The notes: generated from the letters alone by a model not told the origin. 29,198 bases of DNA from a virus (IMGVR_UViG_3300024305_000002:1-29198), one strand, 5' to 3'; positions 19,598-27,552 are shown, counted from the stretch's first letter. Program-made: numbers and translations.

Positions 19598-19829
19598 TAC
19601 CCTTCTCTAATAATTTGGATAATGAATCATTGGATGATTGTTGCGATTTAGATCGTAATTCTAATTCATTTTTAAGTCGATCATATTCACCGATTTTTAA
19701 TTCAAACCATTCATTACCATTAATAATCCAAACTCTCTCATACTTATCATTTTTTGAAATATGTTCAATAGCACTCAAATTAACAATTATTTTTGTACCG
19801 TTTTTAATTTCAAATTCTATGAAATCCAT
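19560..19829 (-). CDS. Hypothetical protein
   Basis: 89 aa, SD AAGGAGGT, TAATG coupling. Confidence 0.7.
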   Translation of the reverse strand: MDFIEFEIKNGTKIIVNLSAIEHISKNDKYERVWIINGNEWFELKIGEYDRLKNELELRSKSQQSSNDSLSKLLEKGIAIRVPGPRYGL

Positions 19830-20086
19830 TATTTTGAAACCTCCTTTAAATCGAATAGTCTTAACTTCTCAAAGTTTTTATCTTTTGGCTTAACAATTCT
19901 AGTTCTATAAGGTATTTCTGCGAATATATCCATATAGTCTTTATCTTCGCATTGACACAATACCCAATTCTTGCATTTGGTTTGTCTACTAGCTTGATCG
20001 TAACTAATGATTTTACCAGTTAACTCACATTCAAGTTCAGCATCTCCATGTGGATTTGCATTCCAACAAAATCTACATCGTGACAT
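19829..20086 (-). CDS. Cys-rich hypothetical protein (CRFC...C...C)
   Basis: 85 aa, TAATG coupling. Confidence 0.7.
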   Translation of the reverse strand: MSRCRFCWNANPHGDAELECELTGKIISYDQASRQTKCKNWVLCQCEDKDYMDIFAEIPYRTRIVKPKDKNFEKLRLFDLKEVSK

Positions 20087-20292
20087 TATTTTCTACCCCA
20101 TAAACGCTTACCACAATCCGAACAATATTTTGGGAATTTATAGTATTTCTTTCCACAATGTGGACATTTAAGAGTCTTAACAGCTTTTATCATTATTAAG
20201 AATGTATAAATAGCTGTCATAACGAGATAAATGTAATATTTGAGTTTATTCTTAAGAATGTACATTTTATAGTTTTTCATTTTCATCCTCAA
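20086..20292 (-). CDS. Small protein with a hydrophobic segment and zinc ribbon (CPHCG...YCSDCG)
   Basis: Two CxxC pairs; coupled to both neighbours. Confidence 0.65.
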   Translation of the reverse strand: MRMKMKNYKMYILKNKLKYYIYLVMTAIYTFLIMIKAVKTLKCPHCGKKYYKFPKYCSDCGKRLWGRK

Positions 20293-21083
20293 AGTTTTAA
20301 TGATATTGGAACTTCTTTTAACATTTTCTTTCTTGCAAGTTCACAAAAGTCTTTTTTAATTTCGAATCCATAAGCATTACGATTCAATTCAAGAGCTGCT
20401 CTAAGTGTTGAAGCACTTCCAGCTACTGGATCAATTACAACATCACCATAATCAGTAAAGATTGTTATTAATTTTTTTAATACTGGTATAGGTTTCTGTG
20501 TTGGATGTAATTTTGGATATGAACTGTCTGTTTCCCATTCAAACCAATTTAGAACCATTCGGCCATTATTATTGAATTTAGGTAATTTTTCTCTATATAA
20601 TACAAGTCCATACTCAGTTGCTCCTACAATTTTCATATTTGCTTTTAAAACTTGTGAGCTTGATTTTTTAATAAATACAAGTGGTATATAGTTGTTAAAC
20701 CCATATTTTTTACCATAATCAATTACCATTGATAACTGTTGGAATGAACAAAATACAATCATACATGGAGCTTTTCCAGTCTCTTTTGGTTCTTTGATTA
20801 ACATCGTTGAACAAAAATGCATAAACTCGGCTATTTTAAAATTCTCATCTGTATCAAAGAATGATTTACCAGCTAAATCAGATTCACCATTACTATTGTC
20901 CCCATCCTCATACCAAACAGGATTAGATGCATATGCGTTATTACCTAAGTTATAAGGAATATCCGCAATTACTAGTTGAGCTTTTGGAATACCGTATCTT
21001 TTATAATTTTGAAAGTGATCGTTAATTAAATTACACTTAATTTCTTTTTCTGATTTGATAAATACCTCATTCATTAATGTCAC
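20289..21083 (-). CDS. Orphan N6-adenine/N4-cytosine DNA methyltransferase, beta class
   Basis: Motif IV DIPY N-terminal, HPTQKP, motif I DPVAGSAST and GFEI C-terminal. Confidence 0.92.
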   Translation of the reverse strand: MTLMNEVFIKSEKEIKCNLINDHFQNYKRYGIPKAQLVIADIPYNLGNNAYASNPVWYEDGDNSNGESDLAGKSFFDTDENFKIAEFMHFCSTMLIKEPKETGKAPCMIVFCSFQQLSMVIDYGKKYGFNNYIPLVFIKKSSSQVLKANMKIVGATEYGLVLYREKLPKFNNNGRMVLNWFEWETDSSYPKLHPTQKPIPVLKKLITIFTDYGDVVIDPVAGSASTLRAALELNRNAYGFEIKKDFCELARKKMLKEVPISLKL

Positions 21084-21663
21084 TCTTTCTTTTGTTTTTA
21101 CTATTTGTTTTAAGAATTACTTTCGTAAGCAATATTCCAGTTTTAGTTAACTCCCTATCATTTTTTATTAAATCCAATCGATTTAAATTAAGCATTTCAG
21201 CATTAGATACCATAGCTAAGTTTTCTATTGAAATATTAGATTTATTCCCATCAAGGAATATGAGTTTAAACCCTTTACGTAGCGGTCCGTTTATTCCTTC
21301 CCAAAGTATGATGTGTTTACCTCTCCATTTATTTGGATCTGCTACTTTAACATCTTTATATCCAAGAGTGTTTATTCTTTCGGAACCTACAGGCATATAA
21401 TTCTTAGGTCGATCACCTTTTTTAAATTCTGTTTTTGGATTTAAACGTTGTCCTTTTTTAATTGGATTTGACGACACATGTCCTTTAGGGAAATATCCAG
21501 TTAAACCACTCGATATTTTATTGTTGTGTTTAAATCCTTTTACTTGTTGAATCGATAAAGTGATATTGAACTTTTCATTTACCATTTCAGTTATTTTTTT
21601 ATTACTTATGCCTTTTGCATTCTCTTCAATAAACCTTCGTTGGTCATTAGTAAACTTGTGCAT
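21067..21663 (-). CDS. HNH_3-type endonuclease-like protein with FxKG repeats
   Basis: FPKGH, FKKGD, PVGSER, HIILWE, IFLDGNKSNISIENL. Confidence 0.85.
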   Translation of the reverse strand: MHKFTNDQRRFIEENAKGISNKKITEMVNEKFNITLSIQQVKGFKHNNKISSGLTGYFPKGHVSSNPIKKGQRLNPKTEFKKGDRPKNYMPVGSERINTLGYKDVKVADPNKWRGKHIILWEGINGPLRKGFKLIFLDGNKSNISIENLAMVSNAEMLNLNRLDLIKNDRELTKTGILLTKVILKTNSKNKRKSDINE

Positions 21664-21911
21664 TATTTTTTCTCGACAATTTTTAATACATCCGGTAAAT
21701 TAGATGATTTATCAGTTCCATAATATTCATCAATATGTTTTCTAGCGTTTAACATAACATTAGCGTTGTTAATGATGTTTCCAGCTACACTACTAATAGC
21801 TCTAGAACGTTTGATTTCCTCTTCGAGTTCTTCTCCAACAAGTGTTTCATCATTTAATCTTTCTAGCTGCTCAAACAAGTGATCATTTAAATTTTCTAAT
21901 CTATTTTTCAT
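21663..21911 (-). CDS. Conserved phage protein (partner of the downstream HNH gene)
   Basis: MKNRLENLNDHLFEQLERLND...EIKRSRAI; TAATG coupling to the HNH gene. Confidence 0.75.
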   Translation of the reverse strand: MKNRLENLNDHLFEQLERLNDETLVGEELEEEIKRSRAISSVAGNIINNANVMLNARKHIDEYYGTDKSSNLPDVLKIVEKK

Positions 21912-22200
21912 TAACTTGTCCTAACCTTATCTTTTCTAAATAATTCTTTAATCTAATGAGTTTATAGTTTTTCTGTTGAACTACTTCTTCATTTAATTTG
22001 AACATTTGTATTATTTGCTCAAGCATAATAGTTACATCAGCAATCTCTTCAGACATGTGTTGCTTGTCACCTATGCCTCTTTTATACTTAATTATTTCTT
22101 TTATTAACTCAGACATTTCTTCAATCGCGACATCTAGTTGAGCATTTTCGCCCCAAGTCTCTAATGCATCCTGGTATACTTTATTTTCTAAATCAGACAT
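21901..22200 (-). CDS. MazG-like nucleotide pyrophosphohydrolase
   Basis: AIEEMSEL and EEIADV (ExxE...ExxD). Confidence 0.8.
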   Translation of the reverse strand: MSDLENKVYQDALETWGENAQLDVAIEEMSELIKEIIKYKRGIGDKQHMSEEIADVTIMLEQIIQMFKLNEEVVQQKNYKLIRLKNYLEKIRLGQVNEK

Positions 22201-22222
22201 ATGTATTTTATTTGATGGAATT

Positions 22223-22244
22223 ATGGGGAGCTTTCACTCCCCAT
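22223..22244 (-). promoter_or_regulatory. Stable stem-loop with GAAA tetraloop and no U-tract
   Basis: - strand ATGGGGAG-T-GAAA-G-CTCCCCAT. Confidence 0.6.
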
Positions 22245-22249
22245 TAAAA

Positions 22250-22975
22250 CTACCCAACAACAACCTTTCCAGATGCTACTTCTTCTTCAAACTCGTTATA
22301 TAAATAATCTGTAATCACTAATTGACAATCATGTTTCCAACGACTACCAGCTGCATCAAACAATGCTACTAGACCGCTCTTATCAATTCGTAATAAGAAT
22401 AGTTGTTCTGGTTGTTTTACCTCGTAGAACGTACGTATTGGAGTTAATTTAACCAGTGGCGGAAGTTGAACTGTAGTCTTAATTCCTTGAGTAACTGTCA
22501 TTTTTTGTGTTACTCCATCATCATCTAATGAGATTGATGTATCATTAGATAACTTACTAATTAAAGCAATCAACTGTGATTTATTGATTGATTCCTCAAA
22601 ACAAGTTTGTAATTGAATAATCATTTCTTCGACTGTGATAAATCGATCAAACTTAATCTCAGGAACTTGTGCTTCTGCAACATACAATGTTTCGCGTTCC
22701 TTATTAACATCAAGTGATGATAAGACAACAACTCTCTTTTCTGAAACAATAATTCGTAAAGGTAAAACAACATCATTTCTATCAATTTCTTGTTGCTTTA
22801 GGTTACTTACAAGAGATAGTAATGACTTAACTACTACTTCTCTACGTTTTGGAATATATTCATCAATGCGAGTTATGTCTTTATCGACATACTCACGTCC
22901 ATGAATTACAATATGATTTACTTTTCGTGATTCATCGAATAAATCTAATAACTGTAGTATTGCTTCTTTAATCAT
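22250..22975 (-). CDS. Conserved phage early protein
   Basis: 241 aa, DDGVTQ...LTPIRTFYEVKQP...FLLR...ALFDAAG. This type usually pairs with the upstream gene. Confidence 0.8.
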   Translation of the reverse strand: MIKEAILQLLDLFDESRKVNHIVIHGREYVDKDITRIDEYIPKRREVVVKSLLSLVSNLKQQEIDRNDVVLPLRIIVSEKRVVVLSSLDVNKERETLYVAEAQVPEIKFDRFITVEEMIIQLQTCFEESINKSQLIALISKLSNDTSISLDDDGVTQKMTVTQGIKTTVQLPPLVKLTPIRTFYEVKQPEQLFLLRIDKSGLVALFDAAGSRWKHDCQLVITDYLYNEFEEEVASGKVVVG

Positions 22976-22989
22976 TTGTTTTACTTTCG

Positions 22990-23418
22990 CTAGTTAGCGC
23001 CTTTCTCTGATACGATATCTACCTCTTCAATAACTGAATATGCACTCATTCCAATTACAAATATTTCTTGTTCTTGAACATTTCCAAAGATATCGAATTG
23101 CCCTGGAGCAACTGGAGTGACTTCTTTTAGAATATTGAATACTTCACCAGTCTTCTTATCAGTTTCTTTAACATTGAATAATGTTGTGGATGTTGGAGCA
23201 GTTGGTTCTACTTTAGATTTAACTTGAGAAATCATAGTGATTTGTGTTCGATCTGCAGATGGTGTGAATGTAAGACGAATATCAATAACACGTTTCTTTG
23301 TTGGATCTGTATTGATATCGTTAATATTGGCCACAATTTTTTCTAGCTCATAATCAGCTAACTTCATGATTTGATTGCGACCAGCTTCTAGAATGCTTTT
23401 CTTTTTTTGTGCTGTCAT
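22990..23418 (-). CDS. Conserved phage protein ('replication terminator protein'-like annotation); start probably ATG 23418
   Basis: NINDINTDPTKKR...VKSK...PGQ. SD AGAAAGGA before ATG 23418. Confidence 0.7.
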   Translation of the reverse strand: MTAQKKKSILEAGRNQIMKLADYELEKIVANINDINTDPTKKRVIDIRLTFTPSADRTQITMISQVKSKVEPTAPTSTTLFNVKETDKKTGEVFNILKEVTPVAPGQFDIFGNVQEQEIFVIGMSAYSVIEEVDIVSEKGAN

Positions 23419-23482
23419 AATGTTCCTTTCTTTGACTGACATTTATATTTTTTAGGTGTAATAGAATTTCATTTCGTACCCC

Positions 23483-23779
23483 CTAAGTAACAAACATCGA
23501 CAATTGAGTATCAGGTAGTAATTCTGGATTACTCATTCTTACAAGGCTAGCAATCGTACTAATCAGCATTTCATAGGTATTTACTTTTGAATGTGTGCCT
23601 AATTGATGTAGTGCTGAGTGATCTATTCTAAACTCCCCATTGTCGGCTATCTTGATTGCAATAAATTGCTTTCTTCCATATAAAGCAGTTACACACTCTT
23701 TCCCAAATAGTGTTCCTCGATGGAATCTTAACTTAGGAAACTCATTGTTTAACTTTTGATATAACTCTTGTAAATCCAT
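23483..23779 (-). CDS. Hypothetical protein
   Basis: 98 aa, SD GAGGGG, TAATG coupling to the recombinase gene. Confidence 0.7.
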   Translation of the reverse strand: MDLQELYQKLNNEFPKLRFHRGTLFGKECVTALYGRKQFIAIKIADNGEFRIDHSALHQLGTHSKVNTYEMLISTIASLVRMSNPELLPDTQLSMFVT

Positions 23780-24597
23780 TACTTTCCCCTCATGTTTTCT
23801 AGTTTTTTACGTTTGTTTTCTTTCGATGTCTGTAGATAAATTGCGGTTGTTTTAATATCCAAATGTCTTAGAATATCTTTGAGATCTGCAAGACTTCCAC
23901 CATTTTCAATCCAATTTATTGCGAATAGATGTCTAACATTATGTGGATATACGATTGACTTATTTACTCGTGCTCTTCCAGCAATCTTCTTTAATCGATA
24001 TCGAATTTGACGATCATTTAAATCGAATATAGGACCAGTCTTGATACGTTTATCTTTGGCATAATTAACCAACTTTCGTTTCAATTGTTGAGTGAGTATG
24101 ATGTCACCCATCTTTCCTTTGTTGTTGACCTCAATGTAGAATGATTTGAGATTATCAACAGTGAAGAATGTTAACTCACTGATGCGTATTCCTGTGGTCA
24201 CTAGGACTTCTAATATGAGGTAGATGTCTTCATACCCCATAGCTTTCGCAAAACGTTGTAAACGTGCAAAATCTTTATTAGACAAGACTGTTTCAAGACT
24301 ACTCTTCATTTGTGTCTTAAACTTCTTTACTACGAGTTTTTCAAGCTTTAACCATCTAAGGTACTTATTCACTGAAATAACGATTTGATTCAATGAAGAT
24401 GATTTATAGCCTTCTGCAGCGATCATTTCTTTAAATGAAATGACATCTTCTTTAGTGATTGGATTATTGTGCTTAACTGATTCGATAAACATTTCAATAT
24501 TGCGTTTGTATGCATGGACTGTATTTTTAGACTTTTCATCATTTCTTAATTCGTCGACGAAAACGGATAACTCATCCTTTAACTGTGTTCGATTCAT
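23779..24597 (-). CDS. Tyrosine recombinase, Xer-like (core-binding and catalytic domains only)
   Basis: TGIRISE (R), NKGK (K), PHNVRH (HxxR), LRH (H), TTAIY (Y). Confidence 0.93.
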   Translation of the reverse strand: MNRTQLKDELSVFVDELRNDEKSKNTVHAYKRNIEMFIESVKHNNPITKEDVISFKEMIAAEGYKSSSLNQIVISVNKYLRWLKLEKLVVKKFKTQMKSSLETVLSNKDFARLQRFAKAMGYEDIYLILEVLVTTGIRISELTFFTVDNLKSFYIEVNNKGKMGDIILTQQLKRKLVNYAKDKRIKTGPIFDLNDRQIRYRLKKIAGRARVNKSIVYPHNVRHLFAINWIENGGSLADLKDILRHLDIKTTAIYLQTSKENKRKKLENMRGK

Positions 24598-24608
24598 TTT
24601 TATTTATC

Positions 24609-25184
24609 TTATTGATCAGTCTTTAATATGACTTGACCAATTACTTTCCCAATAACGTTTTTTGTAACAAAGATATCGTATCGTTGTAGAAACTCACCTT
24701 CCATGTAATAGCAAGCGCCACAAACATCTAATACAATAGCTTGATATTCTTTGTTGTTTAATTGAATCTTAAATTCATCATATAATTCATGGCTTTGGTA
24801 ACCCTCGTATATACCACGTTCTAAACGTGTCATATTAGCTGTTGCTACAACCACTTTCCCATCGAATGTATACATACCATCGTCATTAACTTCAAAGTCA
24901 TAGATCCTTAAGCCACTAGCAGTTGTTATACCGCTTGAACCATCTCCAAGATGATAGTTCGTAAAGTAAACATCCACTTTTCTATATTCTTCAAGATACA
25001 TTTGATTAATCTCTTCACCAGAATCAGTCTTTGGTTCCTCATACACTGGTTTAATCAATGTTGAATATTCTTCTCTTCGAATACTTAAATCTTTTGTATA
25101 CCAGGAGTAATGGAGAATTAAAAGAGATACAAGTAGAATAATTGATACATACTTAACTTCTTTTTTAAGTCTTCTCTTTTTCAT
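24609..25184 (-). CDS. Membrane-anchored 3D-domain-like (MltA/RlpA-type barrel) cell-wall protein
   Basis: Basic N-terminus and one TM helix; FTNY, TTASG, VLDVCGA, YDIFV. SD AAGGAGGT. Confidence 0.65.
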   Translation of the reverse strand: MKKRRLKKEVKYVSIILLVSLLILHYSWYTKDLSIRREEYSTLIKPVYEEPKTDSGEEINQMYLEEYRKVDVYFTNYHLGDGSSGITTASGLRIYDFEVNDDGMYTFDGKVVVATANMTRLERGIYEGYQSHELYDEFKIQLNNKEYQAIVLDVCGACYYMEGEFLQRYDIFVTKNVIGKVIGQVILKTDQ

Positions 25185-25344
25185 CTTGTACCTCCTTTAG
25201 ATTTCTTTCTAAATCATTGATATGAGAAAGTATTTTATTCACTTTCTCACCATTGGTAAGCTTGTTGTTTTTTACAGTTGATTTAATAAGTGCAATTGCG
25301 ACAACATGATCGACTAAACGTTTCATATCATTTACTAGATTCAT
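25165..25344 (-). CDS. Hypothetical protein, 59 aa (not in the ORF track)
   Basis: MNLVNDMKRLVDHVVAIALIKSTVKNNKLTNGEKVNKILSHINDLERNLKEVQDEKEKT*. ATGA overlap with the antirepressor stop; fills the gap to the next gene. Confidence 0.65.
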   Translation of the reverse strand: MNLVNDMKRLVDHVVAIALIKSTVKNNKLTNGEKVNKILSHINDLERNLKEVQDEKEKT

Positions 25345-26117
25345 AAATCAGTTCTCTCAATCATCGGTAGAATTCCCTTCTCTTTTAAGAAGTTATAAAG
25401 GAACATTCTTCCTTTTTGAGTCCACTGAGTATGCATTGAAACTTCCCTACGTCCATCTGTACGTGTAATCGGCACACTTATTGAAGATGTATAACCTTTG
25501 GAATGATATTCTGAATACAATAACCATTGGCCATTCATTAAGTATTGAATTCGATGATTATGAAGTATTACATTGAACTTCACTGCTGACATTCCATAAT
25601 CCTTTGCGATCTGCGTGATTGTCACTAATTCATTACCTTTTAGAATTAGATCTAAATAATCAACTTTTGGTTTAAGTTCACCAATTATCTGATGGCTTAT
25701 CTTAAGTTCCTGTTTTGCATCACTATATGCCTGGATAATCCCTAAGATATAATTTGGATCCTGCATAGTTTTTACAATTACATCTTCAGTAAGATACGCA
25801 CCTTGTTTTCGAATAGCTGGTAGTACATCACTGGTAACCCAACGTTTGAATTTCTTAGCAGCTGGTAATTGAGATTTAAGAATCAAACTATATAAACCGG
25901 ATTCATTAATGATTGGAGTTTTTTGTAATCTTCCGATGGAGTCCTGAATTGGGACTTCATCTTTGTCTTCTAAATCAACAAGATCATTTATCGCTTTTGT
26001 AGTTCTGGTATACCCAAGTACTTCAGCAACATCTTTACCAACAAACCAAGGTTGATTATCTTTGACTATTGTTCGAATCTCTTTTTGATCAAATTCAAAT
26101 ATTTGTAAATTATTCAT
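25341..26117 (-). CDS. Phage antirepressor (BRO-N plus KilA-C/ANT domains)
   Basis: PWFVGKDVAEVLGY, INESGLYSLI, FKRWVTSDVLPAIRK, ITQIAKDYG, WTQKGR. Confidence 0.95.
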   Translation of the reverse strand: MNNLQIFEFDQKEIRTIVKDNQPWFVGKDVAEVLGYTRTTKAINDLVDLEDKDEVPIQDSIGRLQKTPIINESGLYSLILKSQLPAAKKFKRWVTSDVLPAIRKQGAYLTEDVIVKTMQDPNYILGIIQAYSDAKQELKISHQIIGELKPKVDYLDLILKGNELVTITQIAKDYGMSAVKFNVILHNHRIQYLMNGQWLLYSEYHSKGYTSSISVPITRTDGRREVSMHTQWTQKGRMFLYNFLKEKGILPMIERTDL

Positions 26118-26128
26118 TTTAAGGATTA

Positions 26129-26145
26129 CCTTTCTTTGTTATGAT
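26129..26145 (+). promoter_or_regulatory. Extended -10 promoter (TG-T-TATGAT) overlapping the - strand SD of the antirepressor
   Basis: CCTTTCTTTGTTATGAT, identical to 27092-27108. Confidence 0.65.
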
Positions 26146-26171
26146 GTGAATAGTAACTAACTGGGGAGGGG

Positions 26172-26531
26172 GTGAAGAATTTGAATAATAAATTAGATAT
26201 TTTAGCTAAATCTCTTGAAAACGTTGGCAATTCTTTAAATAAATCTATAGAAGAAGCAAGTAAGAAAGCGTTAAGTTTTGATTTACCAACCCCTATTTGG
26301 GAAGATTTTCATTATAATTTACCTGAACTTGAGATTAATCCAATGATAGGATTAGCCGAGGAACAGTTAAGTGAAATTAAGAAGCTTAACTCTCAAATAG
26401 AAACTTTACAAAAAAGAATTCAAGATTTAGAAGAAAAAGCAGAACTAAGTAGAAAAAATCAATGGAAACACGATGTTTTAATAGCTTTTATTGGAGCCTT
26501 TTTCGGATTTATTTTCAGTTTATTTATTTAG
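26172..26531 (+). CDS. Counter-oriented accessory protein: coiled coil with C-terminal TM anchor
   Basis: SD GGGGAGG and GTG start, heptad region, ends in VLIAFIGAFFGFIFSLFI. Confidence 0.75.
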   Translation: MKNLNNKLDILAKSLENVGNSLNKSIEEASKKALSFDLPTPIWEDFHYNLPELEINPMIGLAEEQLSEIKKLNSQIETLQKRIQDLEEKAELSRKNQWKHDVLIAFIGAFFGFIFSLFI

Positions 26532-26588
26532 AATTTATTTTTCTTTGATTAATCTAGTACTATCAATAAAACAACAGGAGATATAAAT

Positions 26589-26891
26589 TTGAGACAAACA
26601 ATAATGAATAGACTTATTGAATTGCGTAATGATTTGATTCTTATATCTGATAATCACGATGATGTTTTAAATGTAATAATTAAGTACGAAATGATGATAA
26701 TGGGTACAAGACATAATACTGTAAGTTCACTTGAACTTTTATATAGATTAGGTATCAATATTGAAGAATTTAATGACCATATTCCAAGTATTTGTAAAGA
26801 TCTTGGAATGAAATATGAAGGTCTTATTTCTGTTAAAGATATCAATGTTAAGGATCCAAAAATTAGCATGTATTTAATTGAATTATTCTGA
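26589..26891 (+). CDS. Counter-oriented hypothetical protein, paralog A (100 aa)
   Basis: SD AGGAG and TTG start; aligns without gaps to 27136..27438. Confidence 0.8.
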   Translation: MRQTIMNRLIELRNDLILISDNHDDVLNVIIKYEMMIMGTRHNTVSSLELLYRLGINIEEFNDHIPSICKDLGMKYEGLISVKDINVKDPKISMYLIELF

Positions 26892-27086
26892 GAACGTTCC
26901 TGGATATTTTTGATTGAACATCGATTTTGCTTCATTAATTGAGATTTTTCCGCAAAGTATTAGATTTTTAATTCTTTCCATAAATTCATTTAATGTTTCA
27001 TTTACATCACTATTCTCAGTAGTGATGTTTTCTATGCCCTCATCTTTTAAATCTTTTAAAATATATTTCTCATCTAACATTTTCAT
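26883..27086 (-). CDS. Hypothetical early protein
   Basis: 67 aa, SD AGAAAGGA, on the lytic strand. Confidence 0.65.
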   Translation of the reverse strand: MKMLDEKYILKDLKDEGIENITTENSDVNETLNEFMERIKNLILCGKISINEAKSMFNQKYPGTFSE

Positions 27087-27091
27087 ATTTT

Positions 27092-27108
27092 CCTTTCTTT
27101 GTTATGAT
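27092..27108 (+). promoter_or_regulatory. Extended -10 promoter overlapping the - strand SD of 26883..27086
   Basis: CCTTTCTTTGTTATGAT, second copy. Confidence 0.65.
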
Positions 27109-27135
27109 TGTTTTTAGTAATGGTGAGGGATAACT

Positions 27136-27438
27136 ATGAGAGAAGTAATTAAGAACAAGCTTATTGAAGTTCGAAACGATTTTAATTCTTTAGATCAATC
27201 GAAACGAAACTCAATGTCTTTGTTCAAAAAGCACGACTTAGTGTTAACAGGTCCAATCAGAAGTAGAATTTATGCTGTGGAGCTTCTATACATGATTGAT
27301 ATTCCAGTAGAGAAATATATCGATATTATTCCTGGTATATGTGATGAGATTGGATTAAAGACGTTTGGTGTAATAAGCTCTAATGATTTATTCAAAGAAG
27401 ATGTAGAAATAAGAAACTTTGTAATCGAATTAATCTAG
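27136..27438 (+). CDS. Counter-oriented hypothetical protein, paralog B (100 aa)
   Basis: SD GAGGGA and ATG; paralogous to 26589..26891. Confidence 0.8.
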   Translation: MREVIKNKLIEVRNDFNSLDQSKRNSMSLFKKHDLVLTGPIRSRIYAVELLYMIDIPVEKYIDIIPGICDEIGLKTFGVISSNDLFKEDVEIRNFVIELI

Positions 27439-27442
27439 GATT

Positions 27443-27540
27443 GAATACATGCATCGAAGTTGCTACCGATCAGGCCAACAAAGGAAGGAATTTCAGGAGA
27501 ACACAAAACTTGATCAGTAACAACTTGCATACATGTATTC
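27443..27540 (-). ncRNA. Putative structured RNA, long hairpin 1
   Basis: 32-nt arms (27443-27474 and 27509-27540): 26 Watson-Crick pairs, 3 G.U on the - strand, a 2x2 internal loop and 1 mismatch. 34-nt pyrimidine-rich loop. Confidence 0.7.
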
Positions 27541-27552
27541 TTTTTTTTATAA

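Noticed and set aside
20289-21663. Methyltransferase plus HNH as a restriction-modification system
   Set aside because: The HNH is a common phage FxKG/HNH_3 type coupled to its own upstream partner and lacks the first His. An orphan methyltransferase is the simpler reading.
11086-22904. Short + strand ORFs opposite capsid, portal, terminase and early genes (e.g. 11086, 12944, 14117, 14471, 15967, 21077, 22635)
   Set aside because: They overlap well-supported - strand genes or the cos region and lack translation signals.
26654-27117. ORFs 26654..26935 (-) and 26914..27117 (+)
   Set aside because: They lie opposite genes that have clear SDs, and in one case paralog support.
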